Shown: positions 32,352 to 45,983 of the stretch, one piece after another
Numbering within the stretch: position 1 is the stretch's first letter
Layout: every line of letters starts with the position of its first letter
Assembly: GCA_051294375.1 (NCBI GenBank)
Contig: CM119263.1
Coordinates: forward strand, 10,934,703 to 10,998,702
Length of the DNA stretch: 64,000 nt
Source of the DNA: Paraspadella gotoi
Taxonomy: Eukaryota > Animalia > Chaetognatha
Direction: 5' to 3'
Program-made: the position numbers and the translations under genes
The notes under the pieces: generated by a model
What the model saw: only the letters and a program-made list of their open reading frames with translations
Database searches by the model: none
Told to the model about the DNA's origin: nothing

Positions 32352-35300
32352 ATGGACGTACCGTTGCCGCATCACAAGATAGGCATACGCTCTCCTCAGC
32401 TGGAGAGAGCCGCCGCGTTCATGGGTAAGCAACTTAGCGATCGGGATGAAGCGCTCGGAAGCTTTTGCCGAGCAATCTTAAAAACTTGATGTTTACGTTT
32501 TGGTCGAGTTTCTCGTGGGAGTTTGGTTAACAAAAAATGTTATTTTGGAGCGAAGAGCTGTGGGGGTGGGGGGGACCCACCAGGATAATCACGAATTAAA
32601 ACATTCAACATCATTAGAACCCTGTAGATTTTGCTAATTGTTTATATTGTTATTTGCATTGTCCTTCAGGAAAAGTTGGTAACACGTTGCGACGTCGTAA
32701 GAAAAAGTCGTCTGGAGGATCAGGTGAGCAATTGTTTATAACCTGGACGTGGTCGGGGTTTTAAATTTTTTTTTTTCAAGTTTGGATATTTTTTTCTTTT
32801 CAGTATCCGGGGAAGAGTTGGATCGCGACGGCAGCACCACTCTATGCGGCGAAGACGACTCTGATCATTCCGACAGTGATGGCGGGGGGGTGGCCGGGCA
32901 GCGTAGCGATCGCTCACCGCAGCTGCAACGCCGGCGCGCGGCTACCGGACCTGAACTGAGCTCGCCGATGGCTGACCAACCAACTGATTGTTGTGGCGTC
33001 TCCAGGAACCAGGTGACGAGTTCAAAATCTGTATCTTACTTTTTTGACCTTTTTTAATTTTTATATTTCTTCCATATAAGAATTTGACGAGTTTGGACTC
33101 TTCATCTCCAAGTTCCTCGGGAAGCCACGCCCTCTCAACGTTGACTCCGCCACCGTCGCGCCGAAAGTTGCGTGGAGCACAAATATCTGGCGTCGGGATT
33201 TGGACGGGAATTAAAGCGACGCTAGGTGGCGCCGGCGCCAGACGACGACAAGGAGCTGCCAGGTTCGATGCGTTGGATTGCCGAGTAGCTTTGTTTAAAT
33301 TTTAATGGATCCTTATTTTTATCACATTTAGACTTGTAATTAATACATGTGGAAATGTACTTGTTTTATTGTAATGTGTCAAGTTATAAATATTTTTTTT
33401 TGAAGTTTAAAGTTTGAAAATTTCATTGACAATTGGATCCGTAATCGATATACAGTATTCACTTTAAGTAATCTCTAGCTTTCGCATACTTATCCTTTTT
33501 ATTTACCCGCTCTGACTTTTCCCAAACCATAGTGATTTAGTTTTGATTTTGTGAGGTGAGTGGTTGTTTTTTTAGCGCTTTACAACTGAACCATAACAAA
33601 AGCATGATTACTTTTTTTTTTAAAAATGGCTGAAATTCTACATCCAAAGTTTTGTAGTTTTTTATTTTCAAAGCCACTCGTGCATAATTGAATTCGACTA
33701 ATAAGTTTCTTACCTGTTTTTGTCATTCTCTTGCTCGACGCGCTGTTTTCTAGAACCGATATATCACGCCTTTGTAAGATTTTTTTCAAACATTTTTCCG
33801 GGTACGTTGTTTCATTTTTTAATTCTTTCGCGTGAACCTTGCTCTGATTTTTGACGCCTTATAATTTTTGTAATTTTTATCTTCCCCGTTCATGTTCTTT
33901 ACTTTCGTTTAGCGAGAGAAAGATGTAGATTGTTACTGACCCAGATTGTATTCATGGCCGTAGTAACTAATTGCACTCGTCGCCTCCTTCCCTTCTTTGG
34001 GATACATCGGGATTTTTTTTCGGATAGAGTTCGTAAATTGTATATTGGCTTCTAAGCCAACTAGGAGAAATGTTGTCAATATTGCATTTGGACAGTTGGA
34101 CACTGGACAGAGCTAATTAATAAGTTTGAACTGTAAACTGACCAGTGACCAGGTTACGTTGTTTCCGGAAAATTATTATTAAAATTAAGTTTCATCTCCC
34201 CCTTACCAGAAAACCCCGTGTGCCATCGGACGATCGTTTGTCCGCCAGTCAACCGGATATTCGTCCCGGCGACGCCGACGAAGACGACGAAGAAGGCGTT
34301 CCAAACGGCAATGGCCTCGATTCCGCTACCCTAGCGACCGAGGCTTCGACGGACTCCTCTAAACGATCGGAAGGCCAGCGTCAAAAGGCCGGAAAAAAGG
34401 GGAAAAATCTCGTCCCCACCGACGAAGCCTCTTTTTCCAGTCCGGACAAAATGATGCGCAAGAAGAAATCCGAAGCTATTCTAAAGGAGATGCAAATGGT
34501 TGGTCATTGTCAAGCAGAAATGGTTTGCGAGTTATTGAGTAATTGAGTTATTTAATAATTTGTTACGCATTAACTTACAGGACAGCAGTTTTGCCGACGA
34601 CGAGGATGTCGGCGCCGTTGGTGGAATGCAGGTATTTGGGTTGACAATTTCATTCATTCGCATCGAAAAACATCTTCTTTTTTTTTATCAAAGGTAATCG
34701 ACTCTACGGAGGCAACGATGCAACGGGAACGCCTTCAACGCCTTCGACAGTACCCCTTTTTCCAACTGGAAGTGACGCTCAAGTCGGGACACGATCTTCT
34801 CGCCAAGGATTTGTGCGGAACATCCGATCCATATGTCAAGTTTAAGTGCGACGGGAAGCAACTATACAGGTATTATTCCGATGTTTTCATCTATATTATG
34901 AATATTAGTGTAACCAAGAAAAAGAGGCGCAAAGTTTGTGTTACAAACCGTGCATTTTTTTGCATTATTTTTAGATCTCGAATAATAAACAAAAACCTAA
35001 ATCCCGTGTGGGACGAGTCATTTGACTTCGCCATCGAGGACGTCTTCAAGCCCATCACCGTCAAAGCCTACGACTATGACTGGGGAGCCAACGACGATTT
35101 CATCGGACAGTCAATGATCGATCTCTCTCAACTCGATCTCAATACTCCAACTCAAATCAGGTTTTTGGGTGCGATTGAGTTTTCTCATTTTCGTTTTTAA
35201 AAAATAAATTATAACTCATTTCAGGTTGGATCTTTACGATCCGAAAAACTCGAGGGCTGACGTCTACATGGGATACATACTTTTAGACGTGGAGCTCAAG

Positions 35301-38300
35301 CCAAAAACCATTTCGGAGAAGGTTTGGTCGCCAATAATTTCAAGAAATTTTTCAAGAAATCGAGCGTGCACAATTACAACTTACAGGAGCTTTATGCTCG
35401 ACGGGCTTCTTCTAAAGTCTCAGACCAAGTGAAGCAGATGAAGATGCAGATCTGGAGCTCAGTCGTCACCATTGTTCTCATGGAAGGCTGGAACCTTCTC
35501 CCCATGGACGATAATGGACTTTCCGATCCATACTGCAAATTCACTTTAGGTTAGTTTAGGTTTTACTACTTTTAAATATTATAAATCTTTTAAAAATTAT
35601 GTTTCTGTTAATATTTTAAAATACGCGAAGCACAATTTGATAAGTGACGTGTTACGCTTTTTTTTTTCTTTCAGGAAAAGAGAAGTATAAAAGTAAAGTC
35701 AAAAGAGGAACTCTGAATCCGAAATGGACCGAGCAGTTTGACTTACATATTTTCGAAGATCAGGTGAGTTCGCAACTGGAAATAGATTGCCTTTTCAAAG
35801 ACGGATTTTTTATAGGCCGACCTCTTTTATTTTAAACAGTCGAAGGCGTTGGAAATGGTCGTTTACGACCACGATTATGCAGGAAAGGACGATTTTATGG
35901 GTAGAGCTTCTATCGACTTGTCCCTGTTCGAACCGGAGCGGACGCACAACGTGGAACAGGTTCGATCCACCCGGAGGAAATGTTAAACATTTAGATTTTT
36001 CCAATATTTAATCAGATTTTGACGATAAAATGATATGTAGGAACTAGAGGACGGAGCGGGCGTCATCCGACTTTTGTTGACAATTTCCGGATCCTCTGGT
36101 TCCGAAACGATCTCGGATCTCAAGACGTTTGACCCCGATCCCAATTTGAAGATTGCAATTCAGGTCAATAAATTTCATATATTAGACAATGGTGACTGCA
36201 GAATATATATAAATTGTATAACTATATATACTGCTGGTGAATAGTGGGGTAAAATTGCGAGATACATTTACATAAGTAGTATACGTGCAAATCGGTCAGT
36301 TTCGGTAATCTTCGAGCCGTTGCGTAGTATAATAGTGTTCTATTAAATTTTGTAGGAAAAATACAACCTTTGGAACTCCTTTCGAGATATGCCAAATGTT
36401 GGCTGGGTTCAGGTTTGTTTTCTATAAACATTTAAACATACATTTAAACGAAAGGATGCGTTACTTTATTTATAAATATATTATTTGTTTCAGATCAAAG
36501 TGATACAGGCGCAAGGGCTCATGGCCGCGGATATAGGTGGAAAGTCGGATCCGTTTGTGATTTTGCAACTCGTTAATTGCCGTTTGCAGACTCAGACCGA
36601 ATACAAAACGATTTGTCCACAATGGCAAAAAGTTTTTACGCTCCAGGTATATCTTCGAGGCGATGAAGATAAACCAATGTTCTGTGGCTGAAAATCTCCA
36701 TTGATTTTAGGTGAAAGACATTCACAGCGCCTTAGAGTTTGAAGTCTTCGACGAGGATCGAAACAAGCCCCCTGAGTTTTTAGGAAAAGTAGCCATTCCA
36801 CTTTTAACTATTCGTCCCGGCGAGAAAAAGTTTGTTTCTTATAAAGCTGCTCATTAAACGTAATCTACTTAGGTTACCAATTCTCTCTGTTTACCCGCAG
36901 ATGGTACCAGTTGAAGGACCGTAAACTCATGTCTCGAGCCAAAGGTTGCATCCAATTGGAAATGGATCTTGTATTCAGTCCTGTCAAAGGTTTGTTTGGA
37001 GCAGTGTATATTTCTGGATTTTTTCTGAACAATGAAATTAGTAAATTCTTTTATGTTTTGCAACCTCCGTTTTCAGCATGCTTGTGCACCATAAAACCCA
37101 AGGAAGAGAAATTTATGGTGGACGAAAAACGATTTAGGATAAACTTAATGAAAAGAAACATCAATCGAATCCACGGGATCGCACTCGCCTTTTACGAGAC
37201 GGGTCGTTTCATAACCAGTTGTTTTAGCTGGGAATCGAAGGTGACGTTTTTCATTTAATCAAATTCTTGTTTCGTTGACAAATTTTCTAATTAAGGGATA
37301 TTGAATAATAATCGTTTTAAAAACTCAAAGGTTCGGAGCGCGACGGCTTTCTTCGTATTTCTACTCACGGTTTGGAACTTCGAACTTTACATGTTGCCGC
37401 TCACCTTATTAGTCATTTTCGGTATGGATTTTTTTACCATAAATACGAGCATTACCCTATAAGGCGTGAGGATTCACATTTCCTTTTTTTTAGGGAAGAA
37501 TTACTTCATCTACTGCGTTTCTCAACATTACAAAGACTTAGACACACAAAGCGAAGGAGATGCCGTTCTCTCCGAACAGGTTCACGCGCCCGACGAATTC
37601 GGCCAAATAGGTCTTCTTATTTTCTCCTTTTATTAGGGAAGTTTTGACGAAGAAGGTGACGACGACGACGAAGAAAAGTCTGAGAAGGAAGGAAAAAGGA
37701 CATTTAAAGAAAAGCTTCAAGCCGTTCAGGTTCGATTGATAACCTTTTTTTTTTGGTTCGCTTCTGCTTCTTTGTGCCGTCGCGTCGTCTTCACGGTTTT
37801 TTATATTTTGAAATTGTAAGTATGTAACCATAGGAGGTTGAAAATTTAGATTTTGGTTCTCATCATTGAGGTCTTTTAAATTAACAAGTTTCATATCAAT
37901 ACTCGGATTTGTTTGTTATATTTATAAAACAATAATATCTATTTTTTTTATATAAAAACTACTATGAATTATGATTTATTCTTATAAAAGTGTGATATCA
38001 TAGGAAGTTAAAAATTTAGATATGTCTTCTCATCATTGAGGTCTTTTAAATTGTTATGTTTCATATTGCTACACGCATTTTATTTACAAAATAATTTTTA
38101 TATAAATACTACGAATTATGTTTTAATTATGTCGTTCTCTCTTTTTTCTTTTTCTCGCTCTCTCTCTCTCTCACTCATACACGCATTTGTTTTATTTACG
38201 ATGAATGACCCATCGAGTTAATGAATGATTATCATCGTATTAGTGAATGACTATCATCGCTTCAGTGAATGGTTATCATCTCATCAATAATTGGTTATCA

Positions 38301-38983
38301 TCGCATCAATCAATAATCAATTATTAGTACATCAATAATTAATTATTATTACATCAATAATAAATTTATATTACATCAATCATTCATTTTTTTCCCCGGA
38401 TTTTTTTTATTTTTTTCACGTCTGGCGAGATCACTGTATACTTTTAAGATTTTTTAAATACGGTCATACCTTGTCTTAACTTTCTATTTTTGTATCGCGA
38501 CAGGACATCTGTCTTACCGTTCAAGAGGCGATGGACGAAATCGCGTCGCTCGGGGAACGAATCAAAAACACGTTCAACTGGACTGTGCCTTTCATGTCCA
38601 CCTTCGCGGTGGTGATTCTTTCTGTAGTGGCCACGCTACTATATTTTGTTCCCTGCCGCGTCATCATCCTTCTCTGGGGTTGCAACAAGGTGAGATGACG
38701 CAAACGACAACGAATTGAATAAAGCCACCGAAAACCAAAAAAATATTTCCTTCCCAGTTTACAAAGCGACTCCGGAACCCTGAGAATTACATCGATAACA
38801 ACGAACTGATGGACTTTTTGTCTCGTGTTCCCTCTGACGTCGAACTCTCGGAGTTTCGAGAACTTCGCCCGGATTATGCCCAGGTTCTAGTCACTTCTTT
38901 ATTGATCACCGTGTTCTTCATTTAGCATGAGCGTTTTTTCATTCTCTTAGGTTCTTGGCACAAAGCAAAGAAAGTCGAGATGA
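32352..38983 (+). CDS. MCTP: Multiple C2 and transmembrane domain protein; more than 20 short exons
   Basis: Three C2 domains ([10 protein letters not shown]; [12 protein letters not shown]; [11 protein letters not shown]), [21 protein letters not shown] and [15 protein letters not shown]. The N-terminal exons at 32352-32424, 32670-32723, 32804-33012, 33081-~33262 and from ~34210 join in phase. Confidence 0.92.
37830..38380. repeat. Intronic tandem duplication (~170-bp period) followed by a short ttatcatcgcatcaat-type minisatellite
   Basis: cataggaggttgaaaatttagat...ctcatcattgaggtcttttaaatt occurs at ~37830 and ~37999. Degenerate ~23-nt repeats lie at ~38220-38380. Confidence 0.7.
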
Positions 38984-40520
38984 AAACTGTTTTCAATCTT
39001 ATCTCCACCGAAAAACTATTCCTTCTCTCAATCTACTCTTCCCCTTACCTGTTCTTTACATAAACACGTCATCTCTTCGCTAAAACTTAGGCATAATTTG
39101 GTTGTAGTAGTACTTCTCGAAAGTGCAAGTGACGTCGTCGGCTGGGAACTCGATTCCAATCCAAAAATTACTTTTCCTCCAAGTTATTATGTATTTCTCT
39201 GTATTTGTCTCGTCCATCAGGACGGATTCGGAACTCTAGTCAATCAATTACGACTTTACACACACGCTATTTATGAAATATTATTCGTATATTGAATTAT
39301 TAATTGTTGAATTTAGTGCCTCTTAACTCGTATTTTGTCGTTTATTGTCCCATTTTTTCACGATAATACGTTAACTATTGTCTCTCCTCGATTCTCCCCC
39401 CACTCTTCCCCTTAAGAATCTATTCTTAAATCTAGAAGTGGCAAGTGCTTGTCCTCGGCTTTTGATGGCCTCGGTCGTGACGGCGCCGCCGAAAGGAGAG
39501 CACCAAGTTCCCGATTGATTAAGCTAATATTTAAATGCCTATTATAACTACGTTTTTCCAATATTAATTCGATATCGTTACGGAGAATCTTCAGTTTTAC
39601 CCGCGAGTGTCATCGTTGTACGTTTTACGCAATATGCATGTTGCTCGGCAAGTGCTAAGCACTATTGGCGTCACGCTCGTGCACATCTAAACACTTGTTT
39701 CATTTTTCCAGGACGTGTTTTTGGCATTTTTCGAGTCGACGGTGATCTATTCTATTCGATTGGTTCGCGATTAAGTAATTAATCGTCAATTATGTAATAT
39801 GTATGCTTAAAAAGAAATAATTCTTGGGCCGAACTTTGTTCTCAAGTCATTGACTAGATAAGGTCAGTGATAGGAATCTATCAATTACTTTTATTAATAA
39901 TGTAGGAGTAATTTCTTGTAAAAAAGATCGGCCTAATATTAGTTTTGGTCTACGCTAATTATTAATATACTACGTATAAAATCTGTGGCTTTTGAAAGTG
40001 CTTCATGAAGATCCGTCGTATTCATTAGTTAACTATACTGATTCACTTTTATTGTTTGTTTTAGTCAATTACGTATACTTTTTATAATCGTAATTAGTCA
40101 TAGATGCTTTTTTAGATAATCTCAAGTTTTTGATATTTTAAATTTTTTACAATAAAAATCTTTAATACTCTGTTTTTTGACTTACCTGGAAAATAGTATT
40201 TTTAAGCAGTGTGAAATCTTTATTAACATTTGTTTAAAAAGTCATATATCGCCAGATATTTTACTTGTTACTACTAGTCATACAAAGGCATATTGGAGAA
40301 ATCGTTTTTCCCAAATAATAATAACTTTAATAGTAATATTTATAAAGTGAAAACAAATGTTCCGGTCTACATCTACCGCCGTATTTTTACGAAATACCAC
40401 GGCTTCCGTTATCTCCTCCCATGTTTCAGGCGTTTTCTTACTATATTTTCGAAGTGAGATACGCGCAAAGAAAATCGTTTTCAATTTTTATTAAACTTTA
40501 AAGGCAGATCCTTATTTAAA

Positions 40521-42269
40521 ATGACGTCGACTGATGTGGACGAGATTTCTGAAGACTGGCGCCAGACGAAGGAGTCTTTTGACGCCGGAAACTTTGACGT
40601 CGCCCTGGATAAAACCGACGCCATTTTCCGGGCGTTGTCGCAGAGAATACGTCGCAAGACTCCCGGAAATATGACAATCATCAAAAGTGGCGACGGTCAC
40701 GAGGAGGACGAGGTCAATAAGGACGACGACGACGACGACGACGACGACTCTTCGAATAAAGCGGCGAATTTTCAACGAGTTCAGTTTCACATTATGAAGG
40801 CGGAATGTTTGATAGAGAAAGCCCGGCGGGTGAGTTTTTTAAATGTTTTACATCCAGAATCCAAACAAAAAGAAACCAATTAATTCATAGTTTCATACGT
40901 AAATTAATTAAATAAAATATTTGTCAGATACGAAGAAGAGGAATCAGTTTAAAACACGAAGAACGGAAATTGCTCCTCGGCGCCGACGATGAATGTGACG
41001 ACGATGAATGTGACGACATCGAATCGACGCATAGTAAAAAGCCGCGTAAGGAGTCAGTGCATCCGATTGAGAAGTCAATGAAAAACTTTTGCGATCTCGA
41101 GGCGGATGTCGACGAATATCAAAGGCTCCTACGTCTTGGAGAAAAAGAGGTCGACGCCGCGTTGGAAATCGAGACGGGTAGGAATAGGTTGCATGAGGTT
41201 ATGGGAAAGAAACGCAATGGCGAATTATTTACCTGGTTTATTTAAAGTAACTAATAAATTTTTTTAAAATTTGACTCTGTTAGTAGTTTTTTCATAAAAC
41301 TGTATTATTATTATTATTACTTTCCTATACACATAATCTATTTTTCCTAGATACCTGCTTGCAATGGCGGCGACGTCTACTGCTTATTGCCGGTGAAATC
41401 AAAGTCCTCCTCGCCGAGATCGGACGATCCTTGCCATTCGCGCAAAAAGTGGAATTGATTTTGGCGGCGAATAAAATTTCGTACGAACTTCTGGGAAAAG
41501 ACGACGACTACGACCGACCACTCGTCCCTCGTGAATGGCGCCTTCTGCGCCAAATCCGTAATCAGCGATACGTTGACCTCGTCGATAGACTCGAGGCTAA
41601 AGCCGTCGTCCTTAATGAAAAAGACGTCTATGTCGTCGCTGGATCCTTGTCGCCAGATTCATTCGAAGAGCGATGGGATGACGAGTTACGCCGTTTCGCA
41701 AACTTAGATGGCGTCTCTTATCATGGCCTTCAGTCGGCGCTTGACGAAATCGTCCCCGATGTCTTTCACTCGACGCAAGACGCAGATTATTGCAATCGGA
41801 CCAAGTGCATCGTTCTTCTTGAGCAGGCGTCCCTTCATGACCACGTTTGCTTTTACCAGTCAAACCTTCACAGCCACAAGATCCACCAGGGCTTTATCAT
41901 TCAGCTTGTTTACTGCAACCTCTGCAATCACGAAGACGATGTGGAAGGGGTTTGGTTCCTCAACGGGTTTCAGAGAGTGAAAACTCAATATCCTGGCACC
42001 TCTTTATCGCCTGAGCGGTATGTAGCCTTAACTCTAGCATCCACATCAAAAGTATTTTTATTAAATCGGATATAATCATATTTTAATAAATATTATTACA
42101 CCAACGCAGCGATCCTTTCGATAAAATTGCGCTAGACGTCCGGTTACCTCGATCGACGAAAACCGCCGTCGATGAAGTGGATGATTTAACTGTTGGGTTC
42201 CCCGACCTAACGCTCGCCGACACCACCGTTTATAAGTGCTTGTTTCCCGAGTTGAAAGATTTGTTTTGA
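40521..42269 (+). CDS. Unrecognised protein (~480 aa); exons 40521-40829, 40928-41177, 41351-~42017, ~42110-42269
   Basis: Four exon-like GC-rich segments join in phase through GT-AG introns. The protein has a helical N-terminus with acidic tracts and a Cys/His-containing C-terminal half; no family was recognised. Confidence 0.7.
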
Positions 42270-42394
42270 CACTTTATTTTTTATCCCAATGTTTTACCGA
42301 ATTTTTTTCCCATAAAATTTTTTCGTCTTATTTTGAATAAAAGGTTGATTTATGAATTAATAATTGCGTCTTTTAGCCCAAAATAAAAAAAACT

Positions 42395-42959
42395 ATGAAG
42401 TTAGAGGCAGCGACGGTGCGAGACTTTTCGCTGACGAGATTCAAGAGCTCTTACAACTTTTACGAGCCTCGATCCATGGACGATTGCACGAACAACAACC
42501 TAATTCTAGGATTTCGAGACCGAGGCATCTACGGCGCCAAGGTTGACGGGAAGGGGTGTGGTTTTTGATTATTGGATTGTGAGGATGTCTGGATTGGTAG
42601 TTGACCGATGTTATGCTTGGAGTCATCTAAACTTGTTGCGTTGCTTCTTGTTTTATCATTGTCTCATCCTATGCAGTCGTTCAGGTTTGCGTTACCAACC
42701 GATCCGGGTTGATTGCCGGGGACGCTGTTGGCGAAGAAATTCTCTTGCCCGTCAGCGGAAGCTACGATTATTTTCCCGGTCAGATTTACTTTAAGTGAAA
42801 TATATTTTTGATTCCATCATACGTCTTAAACTAATTCTTTATTCGGTTTCAGGGAATGAAACTCAACCTTGTGTCTGCATCTACGCTTTAGTTAAATTCC
42901 TTAATCTCACACGGAAGCGAAAAAAGGAATTATCCGCCGTCAAAGTGATGGTCGGATGA
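42395..42959 (+). CDS. Hidden three-exon small protein (115 aa); exons 42395-42541, 42685-42778, 42853-42959
   Basis: ATG preceded by the acceptor cttttag (42376). Donors AAG|GTTGAC and G|GTCAGA and acceptors ttcag and tttcag keep the frame open (phases 0 and 1) to TGA at 42957-42959. Confidence 0.6.
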
Positions 42960-43363
42960 CCGAAGTCATTCTTCCCATCCATTCCTAATTTTTACCCCGG
43001 AATCTAGCTTTATTTTTAGTCGAGAAACGATACGTGGTTTCGAACTTGCGCATGAACTGAAGGACTAGAAAAAATAACGACCAATTTTTTGAAGATTTAA
43101 ATATTTTTTTAAAAAGTGGATAATCGTCGTCCGGGTTGCTAGGACCACGATGTACATTACATTATAATTTATTTATATTCCTCGAACAGGGGAATTTATT
43201 TTTTTTAACCATTTGGCTTATTTTTTAATTATAATTTCATCCACAAACTGTGTTATTTTCCTTTTTTTAGTGAAAAACCCTTACGTAGATTTCCGACTCC
43301 GGAATACTACTATGCAAAATAAAAACTTCTACAGGTGAAAAAAAAACCGACAGAAAAAAGAGA

Positions 43364-45983
43364 ATGTCTTTGTATTCGTCCTCGTTCGGCGTTCCCATGG
43401 GCACGTTGGTCGAGGAAGAAGAGGAAGAAGACGTCGCGCCGCTGGATTTGACGGCAGCGGCGCAACCCGATCTCTATCCCATCGAAGACCTCCCCGCCGC
43501 TCCTGCTCCACCTCTGCCTTCTCCTTCGCAACTTCTAACTTCTCGATCACAAATTCCGATCGCTTCCAATCCCTCCGCAGAAACAATTTCCCCACCGCCC
43601 AATGTCGTTGCGCCTGTTGTTTTCACACCCCCCGCCTATGTTTCTGGTAAATTTTCCCATTTTTGAATTTTAATAAAACGAAAATCACGTTACCAAGTTA
43701 TTTTGATCCACGCCAGGTCAACCCGATTCTACGCCATTCGATCAACTTCATCATTCGATGGAGTATTTGTTGCCTCCTGATCCGAGACCATCAACCGGGA
43801 GAAGCAGCCGTCACAGGTCCAGGTAAATCCTTTTTTCTGGTATTAAAATTGTAACGGCAGTGATTCTCCCTCGTTTCTTTCCCTGCAGATCGCGTCGCAG
43901 TCGAAACCGGCGCTTCTCTTTGTTCCGTTTGCCTTGCTCGAGGCGATTGCGCAGGTTTTGGAGATGGAAGAGCAAAGAGCGAAACGTCGTTGCGGCCGCC
44001 TCCTCTGTCGTGGTGAGATATACATATATTTTTATTTGTGCCGCGAGTTCTCCCGGAACAACTACGCCAGTAGGGTCGGCCTATTGTTTATTTTGTTTTA
44101 AATATTTATAATTTTGATAAAATATAAATTTATAAAAAAGTTACTTTTAAAAGGTTTAATATTTGTATTAATTTGTATACTAAATTAATAAAATATTATC
44201 AAAAAACTACAAAAATTTGGTAAATTAGAAATATACATAATCATGTTTTATCTTTTACAGACCGCTACAAAGGCTTCATAAAATAATATCGGGCTTTGAG
44301 ATGGTTTAGAATAGATTAATAGACTAAAACCCGATATCAAGCCTTCTGTACTTTAAAAAATTAAATTTTGAAATTTAATAAAATTAATATGGCCTGACAC
44401 CTTAGAATTGCCTTTCCTCGTTTTAAACATCGTTACTCTTGATTAAAACCATTTGCTCCACTATCCCTGACCCTCTAAGGTGATCGCCTTTCTCGCGGCA
44501 GCGTTGGTCATTCCTCGTTGGTTCCATCTCAGCGGCGGCGCCTGTCGACTCCGCCACCTTGGGAGTTTAGATTTTTTCAGTCTTTCATACAACGACTTGG
44601 TCGACCAAGAAGCCTCCAGAAAAGTTGGTTCTTTAATTATCTTTATTTTTAACACTTTTACATGAATATTGAATAAAAAACTTTAGTTAATATACAATAG
44701 GCGAATTTAGGATTCGCCACGAGTCTAGTTCAACTCAGCTCGTCCCATAAGCTTAAACAGCTATTACAAACTGAGTTTCCCTATGCGGTCACGCTGGTTA
44801 AGCGTGATGGTGCTAGCATAAAGACTCCCTTGACATGGGGTGGTTACTGCCCCGAGCGCCAGCTGTCGGGAGATGCCCCACACCTCGGGAATCACAATTG
44901 TCTCCCCATTGGCTTTGCGATATCTTTTTTTTCGCAAAGATTTAAATTATAAAAAATACTACTCAAATACAACTTACTGAAAAGGAAAAATAAAATTTTC
45001 TACAGCCATTTTTTACAAAATTTTCACATTATTATCAGCCGGACGCACCTCCTTCGTTCTCTGAGCTACAGGAGCCGTATTCTAAATCTACCGAAAAAAT
45101 TTTTTGGTGAGTTCCCCTCTTATTGTTTCGCGAGAAAAACCAGTCTCCTTTACTTTTTCAAATTTTTCAGGTCCGATTGCATTACGTCTCGTATTTTGAC
45201 CCTGATGCGAACGACGATAGGACTCGTCTTCGTGGCCATCTTCGTCACCGTCGTCGCCTTTGTTCTCGATGTTCTCGGCGCAGAGCGTCATCCATTTAAG
45301 TTCGTCCGACGCCATGCGGTCGCCAACGTCATCGCTGTCGTCATCGTGGTCATCGTCAACGGTTTGGCCTATTGGGTGTCGACTCTGATACGTGAGCAGC
45401 AGATCGGGAACAAAGTCCAGCCTGGTATATCCCTACCTTAATTAATTTTATTAAGATATTAAATTTTCTACTTAACGGTATATTTTTTTGTTCAGGGAAA
45501 AAAGTCGAAGTAGGTTTCGACCTTTCTTTCTACCTCATCGTCGCTGCAGGTTGGTGCAGGTTACCTTTTAAATGTAATTTAAGAATGCCAAATTTCTTTG
45601 AATTGTACGTACATTGTTGAAATTAACACAAATGTTAAATGCGAAAGGAGCCGTTTCCGTCGTCGCCACCGCCGCTAATCTTCTTAAACAATACCCAACG
45701 GAAGAAGAGGAACAGATCTCCCGCCTGGTCGCCTGCGAGAACGACGACGAAGATATGGAGGAAGATCAAGATGAGAATCGACTCCGACGAAGAATGAGGG
45801 GCAGAGGCGATTGGAGCTCGTTATGTGATTCTAGATGGGGTGAGTGGTCGAGGAAAGTCGAGCTTTTTCTTTCTTTTTTAAAAAAAAATTGACGTTTTTC
45901 TTTTAGGCGACACACTGTTGTCTACATATCGCGGCGTCGGTCCGTCCTCATCGGCCGTTTTACCCCCGCCCTACACACCATAG
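43364..45983 (+). CDS. TMEM127: Transmembrane protein 127 homolog; about 9 exons
   Basis: ERNVVAAASSVV-VIAFLAAALVIPRWFHLSGGAC, DCIT, FVLDVLG...RRHAVANVIAV, KKVEVGFDLSFYLI, ATAANLLKQYPTEEEEQ and the C-terminal PPPYTP PY motif. Confidence 0.88.
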
